From the NCBI GenBank assembly GCA_020632265.1, contig JACKFW010000001.1, positions 455 to 64,454 of the forward strand: DNA of 64,000 nt, written 5' to 3'. Of this stretch, positions 9,479 to 18,649 are shown one piece after another; within the stretch, counting starts at the first letter, position 1, and each line of letters opens with the position of its first letter. The DNA is from Pseudomonadales bacterium (GTDB lineage Bacteria; Patescibacteriota; Microgenomatia; UBA1400; PJMF01). Made by a program: the position numbers and the translations under genes. The notes beneath the pieces were generated by a model. It saw only the letters and a program-made list of their open reading frames with translations, made no database searches and was not told the DNA's origin.

Positions 9479-10855
9479 TTAATTTCTCCATCTGTTCCAT
9501 TTGGTTGCTTTTTCAAAGGCGTCTGCAACTTGAATTACTAAATCTTCACGATACATCGGAGCTACAATATTCATACCTAGATACAAATTAGTTTTGTCAT
9601 CTTTATAGCAAGGAATTGAAATTCCTGGAAGACCACTTAAAGAACTTGCTTCGAGGAGCAAATCTTCTAATTCTCCAAACATTGCTTGTCCTTGAGTAGC
9701 GCCAATTTTTTTAGCATATCCAGGTGAAGTTGGTGAAATTAATACATCATATGTTTTAAATAATTTTTTGAAATCTTGAATATATAAAGTTCTAACCTTT
9801 TGAGCCGTATTATAGTATTGATCAGCATAACCTTTTGATAAAGTATAAGTACCTATCATTATTCTTCGCTTTGCTTCATCGCCAAAATTTGAACGGTTTT
9901 TTCCAAATCTAATTCCATCATATCTTCCAAGATTGCTACTAACTTCACCTCTCTGAACAATTGTATAGACACTTACTCCATGTTTTGGATTTATTGCGTT
10001 GACCACGTCTACTGTGGCACCTAAGGTTTCAAATACCTGCATTTGTTCTGAAAATATTTTAGTAATTTCATCCAAGCCCTTCAAATCTTTATATAAATAA
10101 CCAATTTTAAGATTTTTTACACCTAGGTTTAAGGTTTTTGTAAAATCTGGAATAGATATTTGAGCAGAAGTGGAATCAAGAGGATCATGTCCAGCGAGAT
10201 AATTTAGTAAAATAGCTGAATCTTCAACGGTCTTTGTAATTGGACCAGGTGAGTCGGTTGAGGAAGCCATTGCAATAATTCCATATCTGCTACAACGGCC
10301 ATAAGTAGGTTTTAAGCCAACAACTCCACACCAAGCTGCTGGTTGTCTTATAGAACCTGCTGTTTCAGTTCCGAGTGAAGCGATGCACATATCGGCTGCA
10401 ACTGCAGCAGCACTGCCTCCAGAAGAACCACCTGGTAAATATTCTGTATTTAAAGGATTCAATGTTCTTCCGTATTGTGAGGTTTCAGTTGAAGAACCAT
10501 GAGCCCAAGCATCCATGTTGGTTTTACCTAAAATAACACCTCCCGAATTTTTCAAGTTCTTACTGACTGTGGATTCGAAGGTTGGTATAAAGTTGTCAAG
10601 AATTATTGAAGAGGCTGTAGTGCGCAAGTCTTTTGTGCAATAATTATCTTTTAAGGCAATCGGAATACCTTTTAAAGGTTTATTTAGGTTAGTATTTGCT
10701 GTTTCAAAAGCATCTCTGTTGAGGGTTAAATAAACGTTTAACTTTTTATTCTGAGATTCAATACTTGAATTAATATCATTATAAAGCTCCTCAAGAGTAA
10801 GAGATTTATCATTGAGTTTGTCTAAAGCTTTTTTTAGAGTAAGTTTATTATTCAT
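9479..10855 (-). CDS. gatA: Glu-tRNA(Gln) amidotransferase subunit A (amidase signature family)
   Basis: 458 aa. GGSSGGSAAAVAA is an amidase signature motif. It overlaps gatC by 8 nt. Confidence 0.9.
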   Translation of the reverse strand: MNNKLTLKKALDKLNDKSLTLEELYNDINSSIESQNKKLNVYLTLNRDAFETANTNLNKPLKGIPIALKDNYCTKDLRTTASSIILDNFIPTFESTVSKNLKNSGGVILGKTNMDAWAHGSSTETSQYGRTLNPLNTEYLPGGSSGGSAAAVAADMCIASLGTETAGSIRQPAAWCGVVGLKPTYGRCSRYGIIAMASSTDSPGPITKTVEDSAILLNYLAGHDPLDSTSAQISIPDFTKTLNLGVKNLKIGYLYKDLKGLDEITKIFSEQMQVFETLGATVDVVNAINPKHGVSVYTIVQRGEVSSNLGRYDGIRFGKNRSNFGDEAKRRIMIGTYTLSKGYADQYYNTAQKVRTLYIQDFKKLFKTYDVLISPTSPGYAKKIGATQGQAMFGELEDLLLEASSLSGLPGISIPCYKDDKTNLYLGMNIVAPMYREDLVIQVADAFEKATKWNRWRN

Positions 10856-11180
10856 GAGTTAATACTCTGGGTACTACGAAATACCCAGCGTGAGTTTCTT
10901 TAGCATTTTTTAACGCTTCTTTTTGTGAGAACATATTTTCTTGATTTACTTTATCTTCACGAAGAATATTTTCGAATCCGGTAACTTGATGTGTGGGTTC
11001 AATATTGCTTATGTCCACCGATTGTAATTCAGCAATTGTATTTAGAGTCTGTTCAAATGCTAATCTGAGTTCTTCTTCTTCAACCTTTGTGATAGGAATT
11101 GCAGCAAGATTTGCAATATGAATTATTTGTGCAGTAGAAATTTTTTGTGATGAAATATTTTTTTTCGAATTATTATTCAT
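10848..11180 (-). CDS. gatC: Glu-tRNA(Gln) amidotransferase subunit C
   Basis: 110 aa. It sits immediately upstream of, and overlaps, gatA. It has a GatC-like helical sequence with an N-terminal extension. Confidence 0.7.
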   Translation of the reverse strand: MNNNSKKNISSQKISTAQIIHIANLAAIPITKVEEEELRLAFEQTLNTIAELQSVDISNIEPTHQVTGFENILREDKVNQENMFSQKEALKNAKETHAGYFVVPRVLTHE

Positions 11181-11213
11181 ATTTTAACAATCTATATCAA
11201 TTTTTGGAGAATA

Positions 11214-12122
11214 TTAAGTCCCAGATAAACCTCTGAGCACTGCTAATCTTTGTTCTACCGGTGGATGTGTCATGAATAGTGAAGCAAACATTCCAGTTTG
11301 CGAATGAAGATTTTTTAAAGGATTACTAATATATAGGTGGGCAGTTGCTTTATTTGCTGCTTCCAAAGGTTCTTTATCTAGAGAAATTTTCTCAAGGGCT
11401 CTAATTAATCCTTGTGGGTTTTTTGTCATTCCTACTCCACTGGCATCTGCAAGAAATTCTCGTTTTCTAGAAATAGAAAGTTGAATTAATTTAGCAATTA
11501 ATGGAGACAAAAGTGCTAGAAGTAATCCGACAATAAAAATGATTGTTTGCAATTGTCCAGAGTCGTTGTTATCTCTTTTGCGACCTCGAAAATTTAATCT
11601 AATCATCCAATCGGATAAAAGTGCAACAAATCCCACTAAAATGGTAACAATCGACATTAGTCTTATATCATAATTTCTTACATGAGATAATTCATGGGCA
11701 ACAACTCCTTCAAGTTCTGATCGATTTAATTGAGATAGCAAGCCAGTAGTAACACAAATTACTGCGTGTTCTGGATCTCTGCCAGTTGCAAAAGCGTTTA
11801 AAGCTGTATCTTCCATAACATAAAGTTTTGGTTTGGGCATTTTTTGTGAAAGCGCTAAATTTTCAGCAACGGTATAAAAATCAAAATATTTCTCTCTCTT
11901 TGCTTCATGAGCTCCTGAAATTCCTAGAATTATTTTGTCTGAATACCAATAGGATGCAAACGACATAAATCCCGAAAAAATTAATGCAATGCCAACTACA
12001 TCTAATCCATATCCAAAGCTATATGAAATAAAATAGGTAGTGGAAATTATGAAAGCAATGAAAAATATGATGATTAGAAAAGATTTTCTTTTATTACTTT
12101 CAATCAGTTGATAATGTGTCAT
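11214..12122 (-). CDS. htpX: M48 family zinc metalloprotease HtpX
   Basis: 302 aa with two N-terminal TM helices, an HELSHV zinc-binding motif and a downstream E. Confidence 0.85.
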   Translation of the reverse strand: MTHYQLIESNKRKSFLIIIFFIAFIISTTYFISYSFGYGLDVVGIALIFSGFMSFASYWYSDKIILGISGAHEAKREKYFDFYTVAENLALSQKMPKPKLYVMEDTALNAFATGRDPEHAVICVTTGLLSQLNRSELEGVVAHELSHVRNYDIRLMSIVTILVGFVALLSDWMIRLNFRGRKRDNNDSGQLQTIIFIVGLLLALLSPLIAKLIQLSISRKREFLADASGVGMTKNPQGLIRALEKISLDKEPLEAANKATAHLYISNPLKNLHSQTGMFASLFMTHPPVEQRLAVLRGLSGT

Positions 12123-12133
12123 TTTGAATTATT

Positions 12134-12745
12134 TTAAAGGTCGATTTTGATGTCCTTCATTTCTTCAGAACTGACCTCTACATGACTTCCGGTCGTTGCA
12201 ATAGCCAAACCTTTTTCTTCTTTAAAGCCAAAAAGATTTGCTATTATTGATGATGGAAAAACGACTAATTTTTGGTTGTATGATTGCGAAAGATCAATAA
12301 CTGATCTTCTTGCATACATAAGTTTGTCGGCGGTGTCGGTAAGTTCATTCATTAATTTTGCTACGGCTTCATTACTTTTTAATTCCGGGTTATCTTCAAT
12401 TGCAATAGAAATTTTTGGTACTAATGATTGGATATTTTCAATTGCTTTTTCTATGTCAGCAACTTTGCCAGAATCCTGAGCGGTATTGATTGATTTTCTA
12501 GCCTCGGTAAGCATTTTAAAGATTGAGGATTCTTGTTTCATTATTCCTTTGACAGATGCTTGTAGATTTGGAATAAGAGATGCCTGTCTTTTAAGTTGGT
12601 TACCAATTTCTTGAATACTGGCTTTAATTTGAGTTTTTAGTATTTGCAGTGAGTTGTAGATTGAAATGATGTAAGCAGCTATTGCTACTCCAGCGATTAG
12701 TAATATTGGGATTAATTGCATATTTTCTCCTATTTTTATATACAC
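12134..12745 (-). CDS. LemA family protein
   Basis: 203 aa with an N-terminal TM and a LemA-like helical domain. It starts at GTG. The LemA-HtpX pairing is a common neighbourhood. Confidence 0.75.
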   Translation of the reverse strand: MYIKIGENMQLIPILLIAGVAIAAYIISIYNSLQILKTQIKASIQEIGNQLKRQASLIPNLQASVKGIMKQESSIFKMLTEARKSINTAQDSGKVADIEKAIENIQSLVPKISIAIEDNPELKSNEAVAKLMNELTDTADKLMYARRSVIDLSQSYNQKLVVFPSSIIANLFGFKEEKGLAIATTGSHVEVSSEEMKDIKIDL

Positions 12746-12842
12746 AAATCATACTACAAATATTACATTCTTTCTAGATGAATTTATTAATTACTTCTTG
12801 GTAAAACCCGAAGATTAAAGTATAATTAAAGTTTGATAAAGT

Positions 12843-12918
12843 GGGCCCGTGGTGTAGTGGTTAACATGTCTCCCTGTCACGGAGAAGATCGTCGGTTCGA
12901 ACCCGATCGGGCTCGCCA
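12843..12918 (+). tRNA. tRNA-Asp (anticodon GUC), CCA encoded
   Basis: Cloverleaf: acceptor GGGCCCG/CGGGCTC, anticodon stem-loop CTCC-CTGTCAC-GGAG, T-arm GTCGG-TTCGAAC-CCGAT, then GCCA. Confidence 0.9.
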
Positions 12919-12929
12919 ATATAAAAAAA

Positions 12930-12954
12930 TAAGCCAAATAAGGCTTATTTTTTT
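12930..12954 (+). terminator. Rho-independent terminator after tRNA-Asp (hairpin taagcc/ggctta plus T-run)
   Basis: aaaaaaataagccaaataaggcttattttttt has an A-run before and a T-run after the hairpin, so it could act on either strand. Confidence 0.55.
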
Positions 12955-12962
12955 ATATTGTT

Positions 12963-13097
12963 GAGTTCAAATTGTAAGCGAAGACTAAATTTGAAAAATT
13001 TAGAGTTCGCGACGGAGAGTGATGAGCGGGAGCGAAGAACCCTCCTAGTGCAAGTGAGCGAGTGAAACGAGCGAATCGTGAACCCGATCGGGCTCGC
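12963..13097 (+). repeat. Island repeat module A, ending in a tRNA-Asp 3'-end copy (aacccgatcgggctcgc)
   Basis: gagttcaaattgtaagcgaag...gagttcgcgacgg...gtgagcgagtgaaacgagcgaatcgtgaacccgatcgggctcgc. Its last 17 nt are identical to the tRNA-Asp 3' end. Confidence 0.65.
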
Positions 13098-13151
13098 AAA
13101 TGTTCGTTTGGATTGATTTACAAAGATATTTTTATGATACTGAGTATTTAA

Positions 13152-13802
13152 TTATTTATTATTAGATCTTCTATGTTCTATAATTTTCTTAAGAAGGTTT
13201 TCTAGTACTGTTATAGTATTTTCATCAAAGTGTTGGTCTCTACTTGCTTTTAGTCTCCAACCCAGTGCTTTATATTCATGTTTTTGGGCATGATATTTAA
13301 CTGTTCCACCATTATTTTCTATTTGTTCAAAAGTAGATTTTTTAATATCTGGATCAACTGAATGAACAAACTCTTCAACCCCTTTTGAGAACCAAAATTC
13401 TTTAATTTTTCCTTTAAACTGAAGTTCATTGAAATTATCAATTCTAGTTAGTATAGTTTCCAGACTATACCCTTCAAATTCTTTAAGAAAGCTAGTAGAA
13501 ACTACTATTGTTTGGTATTGAGCTAAATATACAATTGTCATGCCTTTAGGCAGTTGGTCAAAATCTACTCTAGGAAGAGTTATATCTTTGATTTTATTTC
13601 TTTTTAGTAATTCTTTATAGGCATATTGGATACCATTGCAAAAAATTTCCATTAGGTGCCCAGCCTCTTCAGCATTTCCTTTATAGTTTTCTTTTTTTAA
13701 GTGATTTTCCCAAATTTTAAAAGTACTACTTATTGCCTCACGGAAGGATAAACCATTTTGATGCTTTAATCCTTCAGCTGAATTTTGTAGATCTTCAATC
13801 AT
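13152..13802 (-). CDS. Hypothetical protein (island cargo, no recognisable domain)
   Basis: A 216-aa ORF filling the segment between module A and module B. No motif was recognised. Confidence 0.45.
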   Translation of the reverse strand: MIEDLQNSAEGLKHQNGLSFREAISSTFKIWENHLKKENYKGNAEEAGHLMEIFCNGIQYAYKELLKRNKIKDITLPRVDFDQLPKGMTIVYLAQYQTIVVSTSFLKEFEGYSLETILTRIDNFNELQFKGKIKEFWFSKGVEEFVHSVDPDIKKSTFEQIENNGGTVKYHAQKHEYKALGWRLKASRDQHFDENTITVLENLLKKIIEHRRSNNK

Positions 13803-13861
13803 ATATGGAAATTATATCAAAGTATCTATAATTTTCTTGGCAATCAATTAAACAACAGCAG

Positions 13862-14139
13862 ATGAGTACCCCACATCTTCAGGAGTGAACCAGTTTCCCA
13901 TCACCTCCATAATCTTCTCAAGTGAGTTATAAAGTGGTTCCACCCAATTCTGCTCCAGCTCGCATAAATAAAAATCAGACCAAAATGGTCTGTTTTTTTA
14001 TTTATATGAGTTCAAATTGTTAGCGAAGACTAAATTTGAAAAATTTAGAGTTCGCGACGGGAAGGCTGAGCAATAGCGAAGCCACCCTAGTGCAAGTGAG
14101 CGAGTATCACGAGCGAATCGTGAACCCAATCGGGCTTGC
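13862..14139 (+). repeat. Island repeat module B (full-length ~280 bp copy), ending in a degenerate tRNA-Asp 3'-end copy (aacccaatcgggcttgc)
   Basis: It shares ...catcacctccataatcttctcaagtgag...ggttccacccaattc.gctc.ag...hairpin...gagttcaaattgt.agcgaag...ttcgcgacg...gagcgaatcgtgaaccc.atcggg with module C. Confidence 0.65.
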
Positions 14140-14320
14140 CATAAACTAAAAAGACCTATTTATATTTCTTTTTTAACTTAGTTCATAGTATACTTTTAAG
14201 ACTTTTTATTAACTTACACTACTTTAAATATAATTTGAGATCTAAAAACCTCTAGGTCTTTGGGGAGGTAAAGTAAATAATTTTAACTGGTGGGGTTGAA
14301 TAGGCTCTCTAGCTTATTTA

Positions 14321-14590
14321 TTAGCCACCTTTAATCCCATGTCTTCGTGCCCTCTTAGGTTTTCTACTGTTTTCACCCTCATTTTGCTTTTTACCTTTAT
14401 CCAACTCCTTTTTGGGTTTCTGGTTTAGCTCAGCCGCAAGTTCTTCAAGATATCTTAGTTCTGCATCACATAGTTTGCCAGTACCTCCAATTAAACCATT
14501 GTTTCCAAATAAATCAACGCTACTTTCATTTTCAACACTCAACTCAATATTTTCTTTTAATTTTTCAATTGAATAGTTTTGGAAAATCAT
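14321..14590 (-). CDS. Hypothetical small protein with a basic C-terminus
   Basis: An 89-aa ORF. Its GC content is locally higher than the flanks. No known motif. Confidence 0.35.
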   Translation of the reverse strand: MIFQNYSIEKLKENIELSVENESSVDLFGNNGLIGGTGKLCDAELRYLEELAAELNQKPKKELDKGKKQNEGENSRKPKRARRHGIKGG

Positions 14591-14667
14591 TCAACTAATA
14601 CATAAATGAATAATACAATTACGAGATTTTTTGTGATTTTCTAAGTGATTTTAATAAAAAAATATTT

Positions 14668-14832
14668 TTAGTGATTTTTAATTACTGTTTTTCCTCTTTC
14701 ATGACGAATAATTTTTCCTTGTTCTTTAGCTATTTCAACTTCGCTTTGCGTTTTTCTTTTTGTTTTTTTACCGCGATTATTTCTTTCTTTTCCCATTGAA
14801 TAGTATGAGTTTGCTTCTATAGACTTTGACAT
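14668..14832 (-). CDS. Hypothetical small basic protein (54 aa); a pseudogenised paralog lies at 25382-25504
   Basis: Hand translation gives MSKSIEANSYYSMGKERNNRGKKTKRKTQSEVEIAKEQGKIIRHERGKTVIKNH. It is below the ORF-track length cutoff. A conserved promoter-like module lies upstream at 14838-14889. A homologous sequence elsewhere in the window carries in-frame stops. Confidence 0.35.
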   Translation of the reverse strand: MSKSIEANSYYSMGKERNNRGKKTKRKTQSEVEIAKEQGKIIRHERGKTVIKNH

Positions 14833-15057
14833 AAAAATTATTTACTTTCATTCATCAATTATACAATACTGCAATACCTATTATGTTATATTAGCCCAGG
14901 ATTTATAAACTAATCAAGAAGTATTCTTAATTTATTGCCAAATTTACTCTGGGACTAAACAAAAACCACTGCACCCACTCTCTGGTTCGTTTAAGCACCG
15001 GTTGGCGTCGCCAAATATAAAAAATAACCCTATCGGGTTCATTTTTTATATTTGATG

Positions 15058-15135
15058 AACTAGAGCGGAATTGGGTAGAACCGCTGTATGACTCACTTGA
15101 GAGGGTTGTGGAGGTGATGGATAATTGGTTTACAC
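15058..15135 (-). repeat. Inverted partial copy of the island repeat module (first half)
   Basis: The reverse complement ccatcacctccacaaccctctcaagtgagtcatacagcggttctacccaattccgctctag matches modules B and C. It is preceded (14978-15048) by a degenerate tRNA-Asp 3' half and a hairpin aaccctatcgggtt. Confidence 0.55.
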
Positions 15136-15253
15136 CAGAGGAAGTTGGGTTTGTACCTGCAATTACTTAATTTATTACCCACTTAATTATGGAACTTAAC
15201 GACAAACCCCGTCATTATTACAGCGGGGTTTGCACATTTATTGCTTAGTTTTA

Positions 15254-15979
15254 TTACATTTCTTTGAGTTTCTGTTCCAACTTCCGAGCATATTCAAAAT
15301 CACTCTCATCAAGTCCAAGATCAGACTCGAAGTTTCGCCAATGAGCAGTGAAAGCATCATCTGCCAAAAGAAGCCTGAGTTTTTCCTCATCTTCATTCAG
15401 CATTACCTCTGCGATCGCTCGCAGGGCAACAACTGGCCCAACTTCAATTAACTTCTCGGCCAAATCTTTGGCAGACCACTTTTCAATCATGTTGAGTTGA
15501 TCAGGTGGCCACTGATTAGTCATACTTTTATACGGTTTTTTCATTTGAACCTCCAAATTTTTTAATTTGGAAGCAAAGAAATATAAATCATCTAAAACAT
15601 CATCTGAAACACCTAGTCGAGCTAAATCAGAAAGATATCCTGGCATATTTCCAAACATTAAACATCCTGCCTTAAAAGCTGGAATAATTAAGGCTCTCTT
15701 TGCTGTATCTGAGATGGTTATAATACTTGTAGATTCTTGACCTAGTAATCCTAATTCACCTAATGTCAAACCTGTTTCTTCTGACAATGAAACCCATGCT
15801 GGATAGTTATCAGCTTTTTCAGTAGGGGCATATGACTCAACTTTCTGGTATCTAGCTTGTTTATCCCAAATAGATCTTTGAAAAGTCATTGCAATTCGAA
15901 TATCTTTTTGTGTTTTAGGTATTGGGATTATTTCATAACCCATTTTATTAATTTCGGGTCCTGTAGTTTCTGCAAACAT
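15254..15979 (-). CDS. Hypothetical protein (island cargo, compositionally atypical)
   Basis: 241-aa ORF. Its GC content is noticeably higher than neighbouring genes. No recognisable domain. Confidence 0.45.
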   Translation of the reverse strand: MFAETTGPEINKMGYEIIPIPKTQKDIRIAMTFQRSIWDKQARYQKVESYAPTEKADNYPAWVSLSEETGLTLGELGLLGQESTSIITISDTAKRALIIPAFKAGCLMFGNMPGYLSDLARLGVSDDVLDDLYFFASKLKNLEVQMKKPYKSMTNQWPPDQLNMIEKWSAKDLAEKLIEVGPVVALRAIAEVMLNEDEEKLRLLLADDAFTAHWRNFESDLGLDESDFEYARKLEQKLKEM

Positions 15980-16111
15980 AAAATATTAACTTTCTTCATT
16001 TTAAATACCAGTTTAATTATACCATAGAACTTTGTTCAAATACTTCTTATTGAATTTAGATATTTTACTAATGTTCCATAAACAACTTGGAAATAAATTA
16101 TGCTGATATCG

Positions 16112-16401
16112 GCATATGTCCCACATTTTCTGGTGAAAGCCAATTCCTCATCACCTTCAAAATCTTCTCAAGTGAGGTATGTAATGGTTCCACCCAATTC
16201 CGCTCTAGTTAGTATAAATAAAAAACAAACCAAACGGTCTGATTTTTATTTATATGAGTTCAAATTGTGAGCGAAATTCAGACTCCATTCTGAGGTTCGC
16301 GACGAGCAAGTAGTCGAACGAGAGTGAGAAGCCTACTTAGTGCATGTGAGCCATCCTCTAGAAAATAAATAGTAGCGAATCGTGATCCCGATCGGGTTCG
16401 C
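16112..16401 (+). repeat. Island repeat module C (full-length copy), ending in a degenerate tRNA-Asp 3'-end copy (atcccgatcgggttcgc)
   Basis: It shows module-length similarity to 13862-14139, including the internal hairpin and the gagttcaaattg...ttcgcgacg...agcgaatcgtga core. Confidence 0.65.
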
Positions 16402-16531
16402 AAGTAGTATTTAAATTTGATTTATCTGGATATATTTATAATAATGAAGGTTTTTTTTCAAACTAACAACCCATGAGAACGCAGTCGCCCTAGTATTAGA
16501 GTTGTTACTTACATGTTTGTATTTAATTTTG

Positions 16532-18649
16532 TTAATTAAAGTAAACACTAAGAACTCTTTTTATATTCAATGGATGATTATCAGCTAATTGACCTCTAGA
16601 TTTAAAATGTAAAACCAATGATCTAATTCTATCCTTCAAATTAACACCACTTAAATGATAATAATTATGATTTAAAGTTTCGCATAGTTTAATTAAATCT
16701 GCATCTGTATTTAACTTAGATTCTAAATATGCAATATAGTCATTTTCTGAGAAAACTTCATCTAAAGATAAATTATCATTATTGTCTGATTCTAATTTTA
16801 AAATAGCATTTCTTATTTCATCTATAGATTTATCACTTCGTCTCTCAAATAATCTAACGAGCTCTAAAAATTTCATAGGTAGATTACTTCCAGTTACATC
16901 ATCATATCTTATCCCTAAAATCTGAAACAAAGCTCTTGCTTGAGAATCTGTATTTATTTTTTTTGTAAGAGTCCTATAAATCGATTCTTCACCTTTATCT
17001 TGGAATGCTGGTTCAGAACTTCCACCATTGTGTACTACTCCAAAATCAGATAAATCTATATCTGGTCTTAAAGAATTTATAGCTGAAAGTATTTTATTAA
17101 CTCCTAAATGTCTATTACCATAAGCAACTAATTCTCTAGCTTTACCACTAAGATCAACACCTTCCACATCTTCATAATTTATTCCAGCAAATTGAGATAT
17201 CATTTTAAGCTCAGCTAAGTTAACTCGATCTATAAGAATAGTTATCAACTTTATCGTATCATTATGACGTAACTCTGTTGGCAATCCTTCTATTAATTTT
17301 ATTTTTTCACCTTTATTTTGGAATGCTGGTTCAGAACTTCCACCATTGTGTACTACTCCAAAATCAGATAAATCTATATCTGGTCTTAAAGAATTTATAG
17401 CTGAAAGTATTTTATTAACTCCTAAATGTCTATTACCATAAGCAACTAATTCTCTAGCTTTACCACTAAGATCAACACCTTCCACATCTTCATAATTTAT
17501 TCCAGCAAATTGAGATATCATTTTAAGCTCAGCTAAGTTAACTCGATCTATAAGAATAGTTATCAACTTTATCGTATCATTATGACGTAACTCTGTTGGC
17601 AATCCTTCTATTAATTTTATTTTTTCACCTTTATTTTGGAATGCTGGTTCAGAACTTCCACCATTGTGTACTACTCCAAAATCAGATAAATCTATATCTG
17701 GTCTTAAAGAATTTATAGCTGAAAGTATTTTATTAACTCCTAAATGTCTATTACCATAAGCAACTAAATCTCTAGCTTTACCACTAAGATCAACACCTTC
17801 CACATCTTCATAATTTATTCCAGCAAATTGAGATATCATTTTAAGCTCAGCTAAGTTAACTCGATCTATAAGAATAGTTATCAACTTTATCGTATCATTA
17901 TGACGTAACTCTGTTGGCAATCCTTCTATTAATTTTATTTTTTCACCTTTATTTTGGAATGCTGGTTCAGAACTTCCACCATTGTGTACTACTCCAAAAT
18001 CAGATAAATCTATATCTGGTCTTAAAGAATTTATAGCTGAAAGTATTTTATTAACTCCTAAATGTCTATTACCATAAGCAACTAAATCTCTTTCAACAGG
18101 TTTTGTGTATCCTTTTGTTTGTTCTGTGGTTCTTCCAGATTTTGATCTAAGAAATGGACGCTTTTCAAGTATATATCCCCTTAATTGCTCAATTGAATCT
18201 CTGCGATAAAAATCTTTAATAAGTTCGATAATTTTAACTCTTTGTGTTTCACCTCGAATATTAGCCCAATTTAATCCAAAGTATGAGCAAAGTTCTTGCG
18301 TATCACTTACACTAAAGTTAGATGTTAGCCATTTGGCAACATCCAACATGTCAGAATCCATTAATGCATAGTCTTTCCCAGATGAAATAATCCCAGAGTT
18401 ACTTCGTCTATCTACAATAGCATCAATTAAATTCTGGATAATATTCAAATTTTTACATTTTTTAACTAGTGACTTGGTTCTTTCTTCTTGAATATTACCT
18501 TCTAATTGGCTCCATTCAATATTCAGACTAAAACAAATTGAATCAAGCTCGTCCTCAGTAAACAAATTATTAAGAGCTTGAGTTACTTTTTCATTTCTTG
18601 CTTCTTCATCATTTAGACTTTCTTTGTCAAAATGTTTAAATATTCCCAT
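16532..18649 (-). CDS. Tandem-repeat protein built entirely of ~7 death-like / effector-associated-domain (EAD)-type helical adaptor repeats
   Basis: 705 aa. Four near-identical 106-aa repeats (...LKMISQFAGINYEDVEGVDLSGKARELVAYGNRHLGVNKILSAINSLRPDID...) are flanked by divergent copies of the same pattern at the N- and C-terminus. The pattern is G(I/V)xYEDVxG..LxGKARxLVxYxxRxxxxxKILxAIxxLRPD. It resembles the LCFxLGVDYEDLxG..KxxKARELVxYxxRRGRLxELV....RPD adaptor domain that prefixes effectors in bacterial STAND/conflict systems. No enzymatic domain is evident. Confidence 0.55.
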   Translation of the reverse strand: MGIFKHFDKESLNDEEARNEKVTQALNNLFTEDELDSICFSLNIEWSQLEGNIQEERTKSLVKKCKNLNIIQNLIDAIVDRRSNSGIISSGKDYALMDSDMLDVAKWLTSNFSVSDTQELCSYFGLNWANIRGETQRVKIIELIKDFYRRDSIEQLRGYILEKRPFLRSKSGRTTEQTKGYTKPVERDLVAYGNRHLGVNKILSAINSLRPDIDLSDFGVVHNGGSSEPAFQNKGEKIKLIEGLPTELRHNDTIKLITILIDRVNLAELKMISQFAGINYEDVEGVDLSGKARDLVAYGNRHLGVNKILSAINSLRPDIDLSDFGVVHNGGSSEPAFQNKGEKIKLIEGLPTELRHNDTIKLITILIDRVNLAELKMISQFAGINYEDVEGVDLSGKARELVAYGNRHLGVNKILSAINSLRPDIDLSDFGVVHNGGSSEPAFQNKGEKIKLIEGLPTELRHNDTIKLITILIDRVNLAELKMISQFAGINYEDVEGVDLSGKARELVAYGNRHLGVNKILSAINSLRPDIDLSDFGVVHNGGSSEPAFQDKGEESIYRTLTKKINTDSQARALFQILGIRYDDVTGSNLPMKFLELVRLFERRSDKSIDEIRNAILKLESDNNDNLSLDEVFSENDYIAYLESKLNTDADLIKLCETLNHNYYHLSGVNLKDRIRSLVLHFKSRGQLADNHPLNIKRVLSVYFN
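16988..18092 (-). repeat. Near-perfect 318-bp tandem direct repeats (about 3.5 copies) inside the 705-aa gene
   Basis: The same junction point recurs at 17282, 17600 and 17918 (period 318 bp = 106 codons). Copies differ by only a few nucleotides. Confidence 0.85.

Noticed and set aside
12963-16401. The GAGCGA-rich modules as CRISPR repeats or an rRNA or tmRNA fragment
   Set aside because: The units are 130-290 bp, irregularly spaced and separated by genes. They have no tmRNA tRNA-like or tag-peptide features. They are best explained as att-like modules tied to tRNA 3' ends.
16988-18092. Possible CRISPR array or satellite
   Set aside because: The repeats have a 318-bp period, are contiguous with no spacers, and keep one long reading frame that encodes a repeated protein domain. 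This is a coding tandem repeat, not CRISPR.
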